From assembly GCA_013265495.1 (NCBI GenBank), contig MU057999.1:310001-374000 (forward strand): a DNA stretch of 64,000 nucleotides, in the 5' to 3' direction. The DNA comes from Vicugna vicugna. Lineage: Eukaryota. Position numbers and translations under genes: made by a program. Below are positions 12,324 to 25,665 of the stretch, one piece after another. Under the pieces are notes generated by a model. The model was not told where the DNA came from. It ran no database searches and saw nothing but the letters and a program-made list of their open reading frames with translations. Positions within the stretch are counted from its first letter, which is position 1; every line of letters starts with the position of its first letter.

Positions 12324-14225
12324 TGAAACCACTAAATATTTTAACCAATGCTAAAAGGAAATAAACATGGAGCTCTTATTTCAAATTTTCCTAGTTAATG
12401 GAGACTAAAAAGCTGAAATAGATACAATAAAGTAGCAATTTGCCCATCAGAATCTCATAAATCTAGCTATAGTCAAATTATATGTAGAAAATTTGCTGAG
12501 ACCTAATATTTAACTACATAAGACAGGGAATTTACAAGTATTAGACTGTAGGAAAGGGGTATTTTTTCTTCACAGTTAAAAAAATAAAAAGCACATAAAT
12601 CTTGAATACCCCACAGCTGTTTAAACAATTATCTTGTAGATTAAGTAAGATTTTTCATGCACTCTTTGCCCATTTCAGCATTTTCCTCCTATATTTCTCT
12701 TGCAACCATGTCTGGATAAAACCAGGTCGAGAGTGTATACATGTACACACAGAGAGTATAAAAAGAATTAAAGTGAGCATTTATGAGAAAGAAGACATGC
12801 ATGATCAATAACAGACAAAGTAAATATGCCCCTCCTTCCACCCGCTTCTTACAGGCTGCCTCCTCATCTCCAGCCTAAAATTGGCTGGAGAGGTAGCTAG
12901 GGAGTCCCTGAGAGGTAGCTAGGGAGTCAAGGTCAAAGAAGGGAATCTCCTGATCCTCCCAAAGAAACACCAGGCACAGAAAGGAGTCTCCTGATCCCCT
13001 CAAGGAAAAGCTGGGCACCTACGATCACTGAGCACCCTTCCTCACTTTGTCACTTTAGGAAGAATACATGATGTGATCAAAATCAACAGCTCACTTACAA
13101 ACAATCCACTGGAGTGGCTATTAGCTGCCACTGCCTCAACAGACCAGGCCACAGGGTGCGACTGTTCTCTTACTCAGCATTCCCCCCTCCCCTATCCTCC
13201 ATTTCAGTACACAACTTCCACTGTAATTCTGTGATCCCTGAAAATGGATACCCAAAGCTATGCATCACAAATGCTTTGCTCACGACTACCTCTCTAGAAC
13301 CTGTGACGACATCAGCTTTGGGAGAAGTTGTGTGGAATCAAAGGGAGAGTATGGTCACTTTTTTTTTCTCTTCAAGAGTATTGCCACTTTTGATTTCAAA
13401 TGGATGATTCATATAATTCAGTCATCTTCCCCATCCAAAAGTAATATAGCAAATGGGTAAGAAATTACCAAGAGAGTTGGACACTAAAACACAGGATCAG
13501 AAAACAAGCTTTCACATCCAATTAATATATTTGTCATTAAAAAAAAAACCCATAAAAGAGTTTCCCCAAAGGTGTGATATATACCACAACTGCAGAGATG
13601 TTAAAGATGCTTCCCAATTCCTATCCAAGGATAGTAAGTAACAAAAACATAACCCATAATCTTCAGCACCATAACATAAAACATGAAGCATGCCCTGCCA
13701 TAGTGCCAGAATCTTTCAGTATCTGGTAAAATGATCCTCTGGAAAATACTTTATCATTGGTTCCTGCTTTATTTCAGGAAGAAAATGATCTCACCAGCTC
13801 ATACATGCACTGCAGGTACAGCTCTACAGTAGAGATGGACTAATTTATTCACAGTCTGACATAACCATCATTCAACTTCTTTCATAGCCAACTCTGAATA
13901 GGAGCATGTTCTCTCAGTCAGCTGTGGAGGCCTCAGTAACTCAGCGCTAGCTGTCATGACCAGGAGCTCAAAGCACAATGGAGAACTCATACGCGTCACT
14001 CCTCCCTGCCAGCAAATCCAGTGCCAACTTGGAGTCATGTTCCAAAGATACCTCGATTCTTTTCTCAGGCAAGTCACTTAGCTCTCTGCTAGAAGCTAGT
14101 TTCATGAAGGCTGGGATCTTTATCTGCTTTATTCACCAAAACATGTCAAGCCCCTAAAATAAGGCCTAGTGTATGCTCAAATAATTTTTCAGCGAGTAAC
14201 GAATGTTGCTAATCAAGGCAATCAA

Positions 14226-14238
14226 CCACTAGGTGGCA
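14226..14238 (+). promoter_or_regulatory. Candidate CTCF motif CCACTAGGTGGCA
   Basis: Close match to the CTCF core consensus; motif evidence only. Confidence 0.45.
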
Positions 14239-14679
14239 TCTAAATGACTTCTCTTTCCAACATTCTATGATTTTGGTTTTCATCCAAAAACATGCAAATC
14301 CCTGACCAATAACTAAGATTATTTTGAGGATTGTGTAACATTTTCATATACATTATAGCAACTGGGATAACAGACATCCTGTTATACACTGAAAAGCATC
14401 TCATACACGAGGGAACTAACACTCAGAAACATGAATTACCTGCCTATCTACATACGGCAGATGGAAGAGATGGAAATTAAAACTCATACAGATTTCAAAT
14501 CCAGTACTGTCCCACACCATGTTTTCTACTATAAACCAACATACCTGGACATGTGCAAGCACACATATACAAACCTTAGAACTTTTTTCTTGAAATGGGA
14601 CTAAACTGTCTCATTTAACAAATAAACTAAGGTGTTAAACAACCTTAGAAAAGAAGCAAACAATCAAAAAGATAATCTT

Positions 14680-15520
14680 TGGCTATTCCCACTTCTGGAC
14701 AAGACAGAATAACAAGACCCGATTAACCCTCTTATCTGAAATAACTAAAAAACAGAAAAACTATGTCAGAGTTCAGAAAGACAAAGACAGGTACAGTATG
14801 CAGGACAAAGTGTCAGAGAGGAAAGAGCTGCACAGACAGAGAATGTCCAAGATCTGCAGGGGGCTGCCCTTCTGGTCTTCAGCTGAGTACTAATCAGCGC
14901 ATGTATAAGGAAGCTGCGCAATGACAGAGAAAGATAAAATGTTAACAGTGCCTAGCACTTACACAGGTTTTGGAATATCATCTTTGACACCAGCCAGACT
15001 GAAAAACCACATGAGTCACAGGTCACTGGAGAAAGTACACAGAAGGGTCCTGACTCAGTAATCAGGAATAATGAGACCTACACTGATCACTGCTCCTGTC
15101 CTATCAGAGTCTTAAAAGTAAGACTTGAAAGGATCAAACTGTTTCCAGGTAACTTAACTGAGTCCCGGAACAGAATCCAAGAATATTTATAGGAATACAA
15201 AAATATCCAGCACCCAGGAGGGTAAAATTCATAATGCCTGCCACCCAGTCAAAAACTATCAGGCATGCAAAGAAAGCAAGATAGATAGACAGATAGACAG
15301 ACAGACAGACAGATCGATCAACTGAAACCAACCCAGAACTAGCACAAATGTTAGAGTTATCAGACATCGAAACAACTATGATAACTATACCCCATATGGT
15401 CAAAAAGTTAAGTAGAGACACAAAAGATATAAAAAGACGCAAATCAAATTTCCAGAGGTGAAAGCTACAATGTATGAGACGAAAAAATACACTGGCTAAG
15501 ATTAACAGCATGTTAGCATT
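14680..15520 (+). mobile_element. Old L1 5' region / ORF1 fragment with a (GATA/GACA)n tract
   Basis: ccacttctggacaagacag...ggtaaaattcataatgcctg...atcaactgaaaccaacccagaact, typical of old L1M 5' regions. Confidence 0.7.
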
Positions 15521-15996
15521 TCAGAATAAAAAGTGAGAAATTCTACTTCCCAGCCAGCTTTTAATTACTGGAAGAGGCTTTTGCAGAATCTCTCTTGAAT
15601 ACTTTACATCCTTTAACTGTAGTGTGGAACACCAATCAGCTGAGAGACTACTATGTGGCAAACCATGAGGTGGCCTTAGCAAAATAGGGAAAAGACAGAA
15701 TGTGATGGGTACAGTGATACAGATGTGTTTGTACAAAGTATAGAGCTATGGAAGCCAAGATGCAGGGCACCTTCCCTGGGGGACAGGGGGTTCAAGGGAC
15801 AAAGGTTTGGGGAAATTAGGCAACTTCAGAAGAAATAAGTTATCAGAACTGATTTATTTAAACTTCCACTCATAAGAACAAGTTCGGTCCAATCACCTTA
15901 TGCGTAACAGCTTAGCGGGCAACGGGAAATGATCAAGAGAATGATGACCCCAGTAAGGCATAAGATAGTGAATCCAAGAAAAAAAAAAGTATGAGT

Positions 15997-16400
15997 CATT
16001 CATTTATTTATTCACTGAACATTTACTGAACATCTACTATATGCCAGGTACTGTTTTAGGTGTGGGGATATAGAGTACAACAATATAAAAGGTCTCTACT
16101 TAAACAGAATTAACTTTTCCTACAGGGGGAGATGGAAACAACAAAAGTGTCAGGTGCTTAAAATAAAGCACAGTGACAGAACAGAGTGACACTGGGAGTC
16201 AATCCTAGAAAGGCAAGGCTGTCTGAGGAAGTAATATTTTAAGTTGAGATCTAGAAGGCTCCAGCCATGTAAAGAGCGGGGGAAAGTATGTAAGGCAGAG
16301 CAACCATCAAATACAGACGCTGGGGTGAGAAGAGCTTGGCATCAAAGGAACTACAAGTGGTGTGGTCTTGGGGCAGGGACAAGAGAGGAAACAGGTGGCA
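15997..16400 (-). mobile_element. L2 3' end
   Basis: cattcatttatttattcactgaacatttactgaacatctactatatgccaggtactg signature. Confidence 0.75.
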
Positions 16401-16439
16401 GGCAAGAATCTCTACATAACATTCATTTCTAAATCAGGA

Positions 16440-17278
16440 AGATCTAAGCCTAGATATTTGATATTTCTGAATTACTGTTAATTTCTTAGGTATGATAATG
16501 GTTATTACAAAACTGTAAAGAGTGATTATCTTTTAGATACATACCAAAAAGTTGTTTACAAAATTTTATGTCTGACGTTGCTTCAGAATAATCCAAGCAG
16601 AGGAGGAGGGGAGTGAAGACAAGGGAGTGGACTGGGGAGTGGAGTGGTATAGACCAAACAAAACTAGCCATGAGATGACAGTTGTTGAAGCTGGATGATG
16701 GATACACAGAGCTTCATTATAATATTCTGTCTACTTTTGAATGTTTGAAATTTTCCATAATAAATATATTTTAAAAGCAAATTTACTTAAAATATAAGGG
16801 GAGGAATTAAATATAAATGTCTCCATCAAAGGGGATTCTTTAGGTGGTAAAACTATTCTATATGATACTATAGTGGATGCATTTATAAAATCCATATATT
16901 ACAACTGAGTAAACCTTAATGTATGTTTTTTTTTTAATTCAGGGGAAGGGGGAACAGAATGAAGGTAGTCAAAAAGTACAAACTTCCAGTTACAAGCTAA
17001 GTAAGTACTAGGGATGTCATGTACAACATGATAAATATAATTAACAATGCTGTATGATACATACGAAAGTTGTTAAGAGAGTACATCTAGTTCTCTCACA
17101 AGGAAAAACTGTTTTTCCACTTCTTTTATGTTGTATCAATAGGAGATGATGATGCTCAGTAAACCATTTGTGGTCATCATTTCACGATGGATGTAAGTCA
17201 AATCATTATGCTGTACACCTTAAACTTATACAGTGCTATATGTCAATTATATCTCAATAAAACTGTAAGAAAAAAATC
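16440..17278 (+). mobile_element. Cluster of old L1 3' ends (L1MC/ME-like, then L1MA-like)
   Basis: gttgttgaagctggatgatggatacac; aaaagtacaaacttccagttac...tgtcaattatatctcaataaaact. Confidence 0.75.
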
Positions 17279-17918
17279 ATCTAGGAGGTCAGGGAATCCT
17301 AGGATGAAATACAGAATGTAATAGATGCCCCCTTCCAGAATCAGCTTTCGTGGGATTCAGATGCACCCGTAAGCTTTCATCAGGGGCCCTGCAAAGCCCT
17401 CGAAGTCTAATCCCTGACACAGTATGTAAAACTTGATTTGTATAGGTATCCACACCCTTGTCTAGGAAAAGGCCCTGAGGCTTTCACAAAACAAGGTTGC
17501 GATATTTCTCTTGCCAGCAACTTTCTACGTGAAAAGTGAGTCGCTACTGCTCTTACATCTAAGGGTAGTATCTCACTGCCATCATTTGCCTTCCCTGCAA
17601 GGGCATTACCACAAATAAATAATAAATACCACCAGTGAACTTTACAACTCTGACAGAAAGTTGTGACAAGTACCCCCCCCCGCAAAAAGGTGGCAAACTA
17701 TGTCTAAGAGTTTCCTGTACAATACCACCTTTTTACAGTACTATCGTTCAGTCTAAAGTACATCATTATTTTTTGTGCTACTAATAAAGAAAAAAAGCTG
17801 TCAATTAACTGATGACTCACCATTGATTGTACAATGGTTCCAATTTCAGAGATGTTCAAATGTGGAAAAACTGTACATCTGATAATCTATGAAACATGGA
17901 ATTCAAAAGGCTTATTAA

Positions 17919-18077
17919 GGTGGGAAGGGTATAGCTCAAGTGGCAGAGTGCATGTTTAGCATACACAAGGTCCTGGGTTCAATCCCCAGCACCTCCTCTA
18001 AAAATAAAACAAGTAAGTAAACCCAATTACCTCCCCTCACGAAAAAAAATTTTTTAATTAATTAATTTTTTAAAAAG
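17919..18077 (+). mobile_element. tRNA-derived SINE (Vic-1-like)
   Basis: gggtatagctcaagtggcagagtgcatg...gggttcaatccccagcacctcc and family tail. Confidence 0.9.
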
Positions 18078-18222
18078 ATGTACTGTACAATATGGGCAAT
18101 ATAGCCAATGTTTTATAATAACTTTAAATGGAGCATAACCTTCAAAAACTGTGAATCACCATATTGTATACCTGTAGCATGTAATATTGTCCATCAACTG
18201 TATTTTGATTAAAAAAAAAAAA
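18078..18222 (+). mobile_element. Short L1 3' end with poly(A)
   Basis: aatatagccaatgttttataataac...tgtgaatcaccatattgtatacctgta...A tail. Confidence 0.8.
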
Positions 18223-18696
18223 GGCTCATTAGCTGGGCCCCATCTCAGATCTCCTACACAAATTGCTCAGAGTAGGTCTGGGAATCTGTATTCTGTTTAA
18301 GCTCCTCAAATGATTCTGGTTAGATAAAAGACTAAGTAAACTGCTAACTTTCAGGGGCAGCACAGTAAAGAAAACATGCACTTTGTGGAGTCACACAGCC
18401 CCAGACATCTCTGTGACCTCCAGAGAGTTCTGTAACTTTCCAGAGCCTCAGCTTTATCTATTAAAAGAAAAAGCCAATGCCGTCTACTTCTAATGGTTGA
18501 TAAAACAAAAGAGAACATGGAAAATACTTGACGCATAACAAGACACATATTTATATAAGAACATGTTCATTATTTATGAACAAGACACAACATTTTATGT
18601 CTTATGAACAAGAATTGGACCTATGAAATTACTTCTCAGAAATATTCTACTATTCAGCACTGACACTTGCTGGGCACAGTTAAAAAGAGTCATTCA

Positions 18697-20020
18697 TGCT
18701 CAGCATCACTAATTGTTAGAGAAATGTAAATCACAACTACAATAAGGTATCACCTCACACCAGTCAGAATGGCTATCGTTAAGAACTATACAAACAATAA
18801 ATGCTGGAGAGTATGTGGAGAAAAAGGAATCCTCCTACACTGTTGGTGGTAATGTAAATTGGTACATCCACTATGGAGGACAGTATGGAGGTTCCTTAAA
18901 AAATTAAAAATATGCTTTGTTTTTGTTTGTTTGTTTTTGTTTTTGTTTTTTAGATTCCACATATGAGCGATCTCATATGGTATTTTTCTTTCTCTTTCTG
19001 GCTTACTTCACTTAGAATGACATTCTCTAGGAGCATCCATGTTGCTGCAAATGGCATTATGTTGTCGGTTTTTATGGCTGAGTAGTATTCCATTGTATAA
19101 ATATACCACATCTTCTTTATCCAGTCACCTGTAGGGGGGGTAGAGGGTGGGAAGGGATAGACTGGGATTTCAAAATTGTAGAATAGATAAACAAGATTAC
19201 ACTGTATAGCACAGGGAAATATACACAAAATGTTATGATAAATCACAGAGAAAAAAATGTGACAATGAGTGTGTATATGTCCATGAATGACTGAAAAATT
19301 GTGCTGAACGCTGGAATTTGACACAACATTGTAAAATGATTATAAATCAATAAAAAATGTTAAAAAAAAAAAACTAAAAATAAACTTACCCTATGATCCA
19401 GCAATCCCACTCCTGGGCCTGTATCTGGAGAAAAATATAATTCACAAAGACACATGCACCCCAGTGTTCACAGTAGCACTATTTACAAGAGCCAAGACAT
19501 GGAAACAACCTAAATGTCCATCAACAGATGACTGGATAAGATATGGTATATTTATACAATGGAATACTACTCAGCCATAAAAAACAATTAATAATGCCAT
19601 TTATAGCAACATGGATAGACCTGGAGATCGTCATTCTAAGTGAAGTAAGCCAGAAAGAGAAAGAAAAATACCATGTATCACTCATGTGGAATCTTAAAAA
19701 AAAAAGACACAAATGAACTTATTTACAAAACAGAAATAGACTCACAGACATAGAGAACAAATGGTTACCAGTGGGTAAAGGGAGTGGGAAGGGATAAATT
19801 GGGAGTTTTAACTTTGCAGATACTAATATATATATAAAATAGATAAACAGCAGGTTTTTTCTGCATAGCACAGGGAACTATATTCAATATCTTGTAGTAA
19901 CCTATAATGGAAAATATGAAAAGGAATATATGTATGTATATGGATGACTGAAACATTACACCAGAACAGTACACCAGAAATTGACACAACATTGTAAAAT
20001 GACTATACTTCAATTGAAAG
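18697..20020 (+). mobile_element. 5'-truncated L1 carrying a nested younger L1
   Basis: L1 ORF2 end and 3' UTR; TSD aaaagagtcattca (18683-18696) / aaaagaatccttca (20021-20034). Confidence 0.9.
18913..19373 (+). mobile_element. Young L1 3' end with 5' inversion (18913-19132 inverted; 19133-19373 forward with poly(A))
   Basis: Orientation switch at 19132/19133; TSD aaaaaattaaaaata / aaaaaactaaaaata. Confidence 0.85.
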
Positions 20021-20849
20021 AAAAGAATCCTTCAATAAGTGTTTACTGTGTAATTTAGCAAAACATACACATTTGTTTCGGCACATCACATTTTCAGATA
20101 AAAGCTGTCTAATAACATTTTGATTAGAAAAGATTGTACTTGACATACATCAATAAAAAAGCATACTTTTGAGTATGATACAATTTCAGAGTAGCTAACG
20201 GCTCTATCTCATGTCAAGTTTTTATTTTGTTTTAGTATGTACAGCTGGTAAGTTTTTTCAGAACATGGGCATGACTGCATTAAAACCCCAAGAGAAAAGC
20301 TATGGAACTCGTCAATTCAGGATATTCAAAAAAATACCCATGTTTCATTTGTTTCTCAAGTTATCCTCAAAATCCAACAGTATTTTAGGCAGCACCTTCA
20401 GAACTGACTAGTCAATTCAGGATGTGACTCATAGGGGACAGGTTTAGACATAATTTGATAGCGTTCTCCCACGTGTGTAGCACGAAGAAGGAAAAAAACT
20501 CAAAACCCACAATTGCACAATGTCTCAGCCTCGCTCTTCTGATGAACAACACATGGATTCAAGTTAACGCTGCGTCAGTGCCGCCAACCCCACCCAAAGG
20601 CCCAGGGTGAAGAGCTTGTGCAGGGCCCTAACCCGTCTCCACCAGCGCCCCACCTTCTCAGAGTCTGGGCAGCGGCAGGATATGCCAGACACCTCCGCAG
20701 AGAGGACACCCTCACTGCCCTCCCCAGCCAAACACTGGGCCTGAGGTTCACAAGAACCAGAGGTGCTGGGAGGAGAGGAGCACATGGCTCATCTCATTTT
20801 TCTTTCCCTCAACCATTTCCTAGAGAGTCCTTCAGTTCTGCTGCCCAAA

Positions 20850-21650
20850 TCTGAAACTAGATTCCTCTGTGACTCCTCCCTTTTCTTTAGCCCTCAGGTC
20901 TCCTCTACTAAGTCTTCCCCAAACTCTGTGCAAATTCCTCACAAACCCATCCCACCCCTTCAACTGCCATAGTTGGTCCCTCTTATCAGCACAAGGCTGA
21001 CTCTGTCCCATTTCCCAGACCTAGCTTTTCAGTCTCCAAGACACCCTTTTCACTGGGGCCAAGATTATCTTTTCTATAACCCAGTCCTATCCATGCACTC
21101 TCCTTCCCTAAATTCTTCAATAGTTCCTCATTACCTATAACATAAATTTCAAATTCCTAATCCAGCTTCAACCTACTTCCCAGCTTTACACCCTGACACT
21201 TTGAGGCTTTGCCAGGTTTTCTCATCTTAACCAAATTAGACTTCCTACTGCTTGATTTCACACACATTTGCTTCCACACATCTATGGCTTTGTTCACACT
21301 ATTTTCTCTGACATGAAATGCTCCTCTTTTCTGCCTTTCAAGCTCATTCTTCAAGATGAGGCTCAAACGTAATCTTACACACTTGTACATTATACATTCT
21401 TTCCTGGAACACCCTCTTTAAACCCCCCAAGGCTCTCCCCTCTCCACCCTTCTAAAGTCAAAAGTAATCACTCTCACAATAACCAGCAATGTAACTTACC
21501 TCAGTGTTACAGTTATAGATACAACTGTTAGTCTTCCCTAAGAAATTCTGAGTTACCCAAGAAAAGGAATTTAGTAATTCTGAATTGCCATTTTCTACCA
21601 CAATATATGGTACTTGGTTGGGCTTCAAAAATTTTTACTGGACTGATTTG
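20850..21650 (+). mobile_element. L2 fragments
   Basis: Pyrimidine-rich L2-like text (aaattcttcaatagttcctcattacc; ctcattcttcaagatgaggctcaaa). Confidence 0.6.
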
Positions 21651-23094
21651 GGGAGCAAAGATCTCAACTAGTAATGAGCTGATTACAAATAAGATGTGAA
21701 CAACGCTTAACTCTTCTAGAGGGCATTTATTTTAAACAAGAAGCAAGTTATCCAAGGTGAATTTCTAACTGGTGGGAGGCAGAGTCTATTCTCAGAGGTC
21801 CCTCTGACCCCTACGGATTCCCCATCACCACCACCACTGCCACCATGACCACTTTGTACTATACCTCCCACCCATCAGCATTTTGCTCCCAAACCCCTAA
21901 CACTGACGCAGCAACAGACCACTTTCACCAGCTCTGGACTTCCAGAAACTCAGTACTCCCAGAATTATCAATCATAGAGAACAGGAGAGGACGCAGATAA
22001 TAGTTAAGACCACAGAGGAGCACACGCAGCAGCAGATCTGCAGATTCTTCGACTTGAGCATTTTGGTTACTCCCAGCCCCTCTTGAGCTAACAAAGAGGC
22101 ATATGGATTCCAGATTGAGTCAAGACCTGGCCCTCTACTCACGGCCCAAAGGGCCCCAAATCAGAGTCCTCATCAGTAAAATGAGCAAATGGATGCCTAT
22201 ACTGCAGCCTGGCAAGAGGAGGAAACAAGAGCAATGAAGCCGGGCCTGGGGACACAGAGATGCCACCTATAGATTAACAGCTCCTCAGGCTTTTGGACTC
22301 TCTGTACCAAGGGACTTCCACTGGGACTGCTTGCCCTACTACCAAGGAATAAGCTGGTTATATACCTCCTCCAAATCTGTGTCCCCATCTGCAAAATGGA
22401 ACATACACACCTAAAACAGGGATACCTTTATGCCTGACACAGGCAAAAGACTGCCACTTAGCAGCAGCACTCTAAAAAGAGTCAACCACTTGTGCAACCG
22501 CCACTATTACTTTTTCTAATATAATCACCAAAAATTGCTACACGTCACCCACTCAACAGTCAAAGCCCAACCCTAACTGCCATTTACACTTTGTGGAATG
22601 ACCACTAGCCTTTATCCTCATTTCCTCCCAAAACGCCTCTAAAATGATAGTAATGAAATCACAAAAACATTAAACCACAAAGACAAACAGAAAGGAAAGA
22701 AGATAACAATACTTCATACATTTCAACAAACTTTTACAAGATGGGAAGCAGCTGAAGGAATGGTCACCACTTCTCAGGACCCCTGGATGCACCAAGGGCC
22801 ACCAAAGACCAGCCTGAGACTCAGGCCTGTCAAAGGAAGAGCCTCTGATGGGGGTATTCAAAGCTGTCAGACTGCCAGGTCCAGCTGGGGACCCAAAGTT
22901 TTTTCTGAAGAAACTGAACCACAGAGGCAGGAGAGTTGTAAACAGGAAAAGTCAAAGTCTACAGCCTGAACAGCAGCACCCTCCGTCCCTCCCCAACCAC
23001 ATAACCCAAACCCAGACAGCTGGTATCACCGAAGCACATCAGAGGCAGCAGGCTGGAGGTGTCTTCTCTGCAGACACTGAGGTGCTGGGGGGGG

Positions 23095-23100
23095 GGTGTG

Positions 23101-23132
<32 letters not shown>
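23095..23132. repeat. (GT)n microsatellite
   Basis: Read directly. Confidence 0.95.
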
Positions 23133-23134
<2 letters not shown>

Positions 23135-23219
23135 GTCCCAATGAAAAATCCACCCACACTCCAAGTTAAGTCACTGGACTGCACACACATGCACATGCTC
23201 CCTCTCTGCTAATCAACTT

Positions 23220-24830
23220 TTCAGTACCTGGCTCTTAATTACAGACAGCCAAGGATCAACAGATATTTGCAATATGAATAAACATAAAAAGAACCCTGAA
23301 ATGAAAAGGCACACTGGAGGAAGCAGAAATGTTTTAAAAATAGTAAACATATAGAAAAAGTTAAAAACAACATATGCATGCCTCAAAGATAAGAAAATAC
23401 ATCCATAAAATTAAAATAAAATGGAAAGAAAAAAATGAAATGAAATGGAAATGGAAACAGAGAACAAAAAGAGTTCTAAAATTTTAAATCATCATCATTA
23501 AAATTTTAAAAGTAAAAGCCTGGAAGGCAAAATTGAGGAATTCTCCCCCTCTTTCCACCTCCAAATACAGAGATATAAGTGGTAACATAAGTGAAGAATA
23601 TCTGAAGAGCAATTCCAGGAGATTCAATAACCAAACCAATAGACATTTCAGGTAGAAAAAACAAAAAATGAAGGGTAGGAAATTATCAAAAAAGTAAGAG
23701 ACGTTTTTGAAAACTGAAGGATATGAGTCTCTAGACTGAAAGGGCTCACCAAAAGAGGGACGACAGACAGACAGAAGGAAGGACCCACACAAAAGCTTAC
23801 AAAATTACAGAATTTTTTTTAAGAAAAAGACTGAGCTTTTAAAAAAAAAAAAGAAAAGAAAAGAAAAAGGGATCAGAGTGGCTTTGGATTTTCATTAAAA
23901 ATCCTAAATGCCAGAAGAGTATAAAAATGCCATCAAAATTGCAAAAAAAATTATTTTCAATCTAATATTCTAATTTCAGCCATATCACCTATAAAGCATG
24001 AGGACAGGACAGACACCTTCAGACATGCAAGGCCTCAAACAACTGACCTCCATGCAACCCTTTAAGAGAAGCTACTGAGGATACACTTTAGCAGTACGAG
24101 GCAAACCAAGAAAAAGGAAGACAGGAGATGGAGGAAACAGAGGCTCTAAAACAGGATAGAAGGGAACAGGAGATGCAGGAAAAACAATCCTACTGTCCAG
24201 ATTGGAAGAGGATGGAAGGCTTCAAAGCAGGGAGTCTCTAAGAGAAAATAAAGTGCAACTGATAGATGATGCAATGTGTTACCTGGAAAAAACAAATCAA
24301 AAGGCATTTAACATATTTCTTGAAGTATTCAAGAGAACATAGCCACAGAAACCTAAGAAGTAATCAAAAAGTTTAAAAGGCAATTATTTGCTCCAGGAAA
24401 AACAAAAACGTGTACGAAATGAAAACATTACCATGGGTCACTATTTAACTCAGAAGTGAGTTTATATATGTAAGTACATGTATATGTATATAAATGTAAG
24501 GCATAATAAAATGTAATACACACACACACACACACACACAAAATAATGTAAATATGGACTGCTGGTTTTATCAAAAATTATGTATCTGTATTGAGGGGCC
24601 TGAAGGTGAGAAGAGGGCAAGTACACAGTTATGATACTAAGAAGTCAAATGTTTATTCTACATTGATTTCAAATAAGAAAACAGACGGGGGGGGAAAAAC
24701 TGTTTGAGATAGTAGCTTCCACTGGAAAGTAGGGCCTGGAGGACAAAAAGGCCAAAGACAGGAGACCACTGTTTTTTAAGTCTTTTCGCACTTTTTTTTT
24801 TAAAAACCTATATGCATGTATCAACTGGAT
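23220..24830 (+). mobile_element. Highly diverged L1/HAL1-like ORF1-region fragments; (CA)n at 24517-24540
   Basis: A-rich with ORF1-like motifs (ctagactgaaagggctcacc; gacaccttcagacatgcaaggcctcaa). Confidence 0.6.
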
Positions 24831-25515
24831 TAAAACAACCACTAATTCTCATGTCAAGAACAATTAGTTCAGTTTATAAAGTTGTCACTAACAACTTCAT
24901 TTGTAAGTTGCTTACTTGGAATTCCAAATTCATTGTCTTAGAAATATTATAAATTTTCCCAAGTTCAGAAGGATACAAAAACATGGTATAAAGTATTTCA
25001 AGTAGTCTTAAACACCGTAAGAGTTTCTGTGGGAAACTGCATTCTGAGAACTCAATATGCCTGGAATACATCTCAGCTCTACCCACTTGCTCTTTCCCAG
25101 TCAGGGGTGGCTAAGGAATAGATACCATAAAGTTAGAACACCTGAGGCAAATGGAAAAGGATGGAAGGAAAGACTTGGATCCAGCAGGGTGGAGAGTCAA
25201 GAGACCCACTGTAACATATCAACTCTACACGCATTAGAGAAAATAATCATTGTTGGTCCCTCCAGCCCCAGAGGTAGACAGAGGTTGAGCAGCAAGGCAA
25301 CCCTCCCGCCTCTCTTCCCAATAGCTCATTTCTGGGCATAAACTGGATGCTCATCAATCAGGAAACAAATAAATACATCATTTCAGGTACTAATTAACTA
25401 TGATTCCTTTTTCATCATGCCATAATCAAACTTCTATATAAACAATTTTCATTTCATTTAATAAAATTTCATGGCCTATGTCAACACTATGTTTGTTTTT
25501 TAAGATTATAAATTT

Positions 25516-25665
25516 TGTGACCTTGAGCAAGTGACTTAAAGTCTTGCTTTCCTTGTCTCTAAAACAGCAATAATGATGTCTACTTCATTGGGACAAAAGA
25601 CAATCAGAGGCAGTGATGTATATAAAACATGTAGGGGCAGGTATATGGCAGGCATTCAATCAATG
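25516..25665 (+). mobile_element. MIR
   Basis: tgtgaccttgagcaagtgacttaa core. Confidence 0.7.

Noticed and set aside
9439..12364. ORFs with reverse-transcriptase-like peptides
   Set aside because: Frameshifted remnants of a truncated L1 ORF2; not an active element or a new gene.
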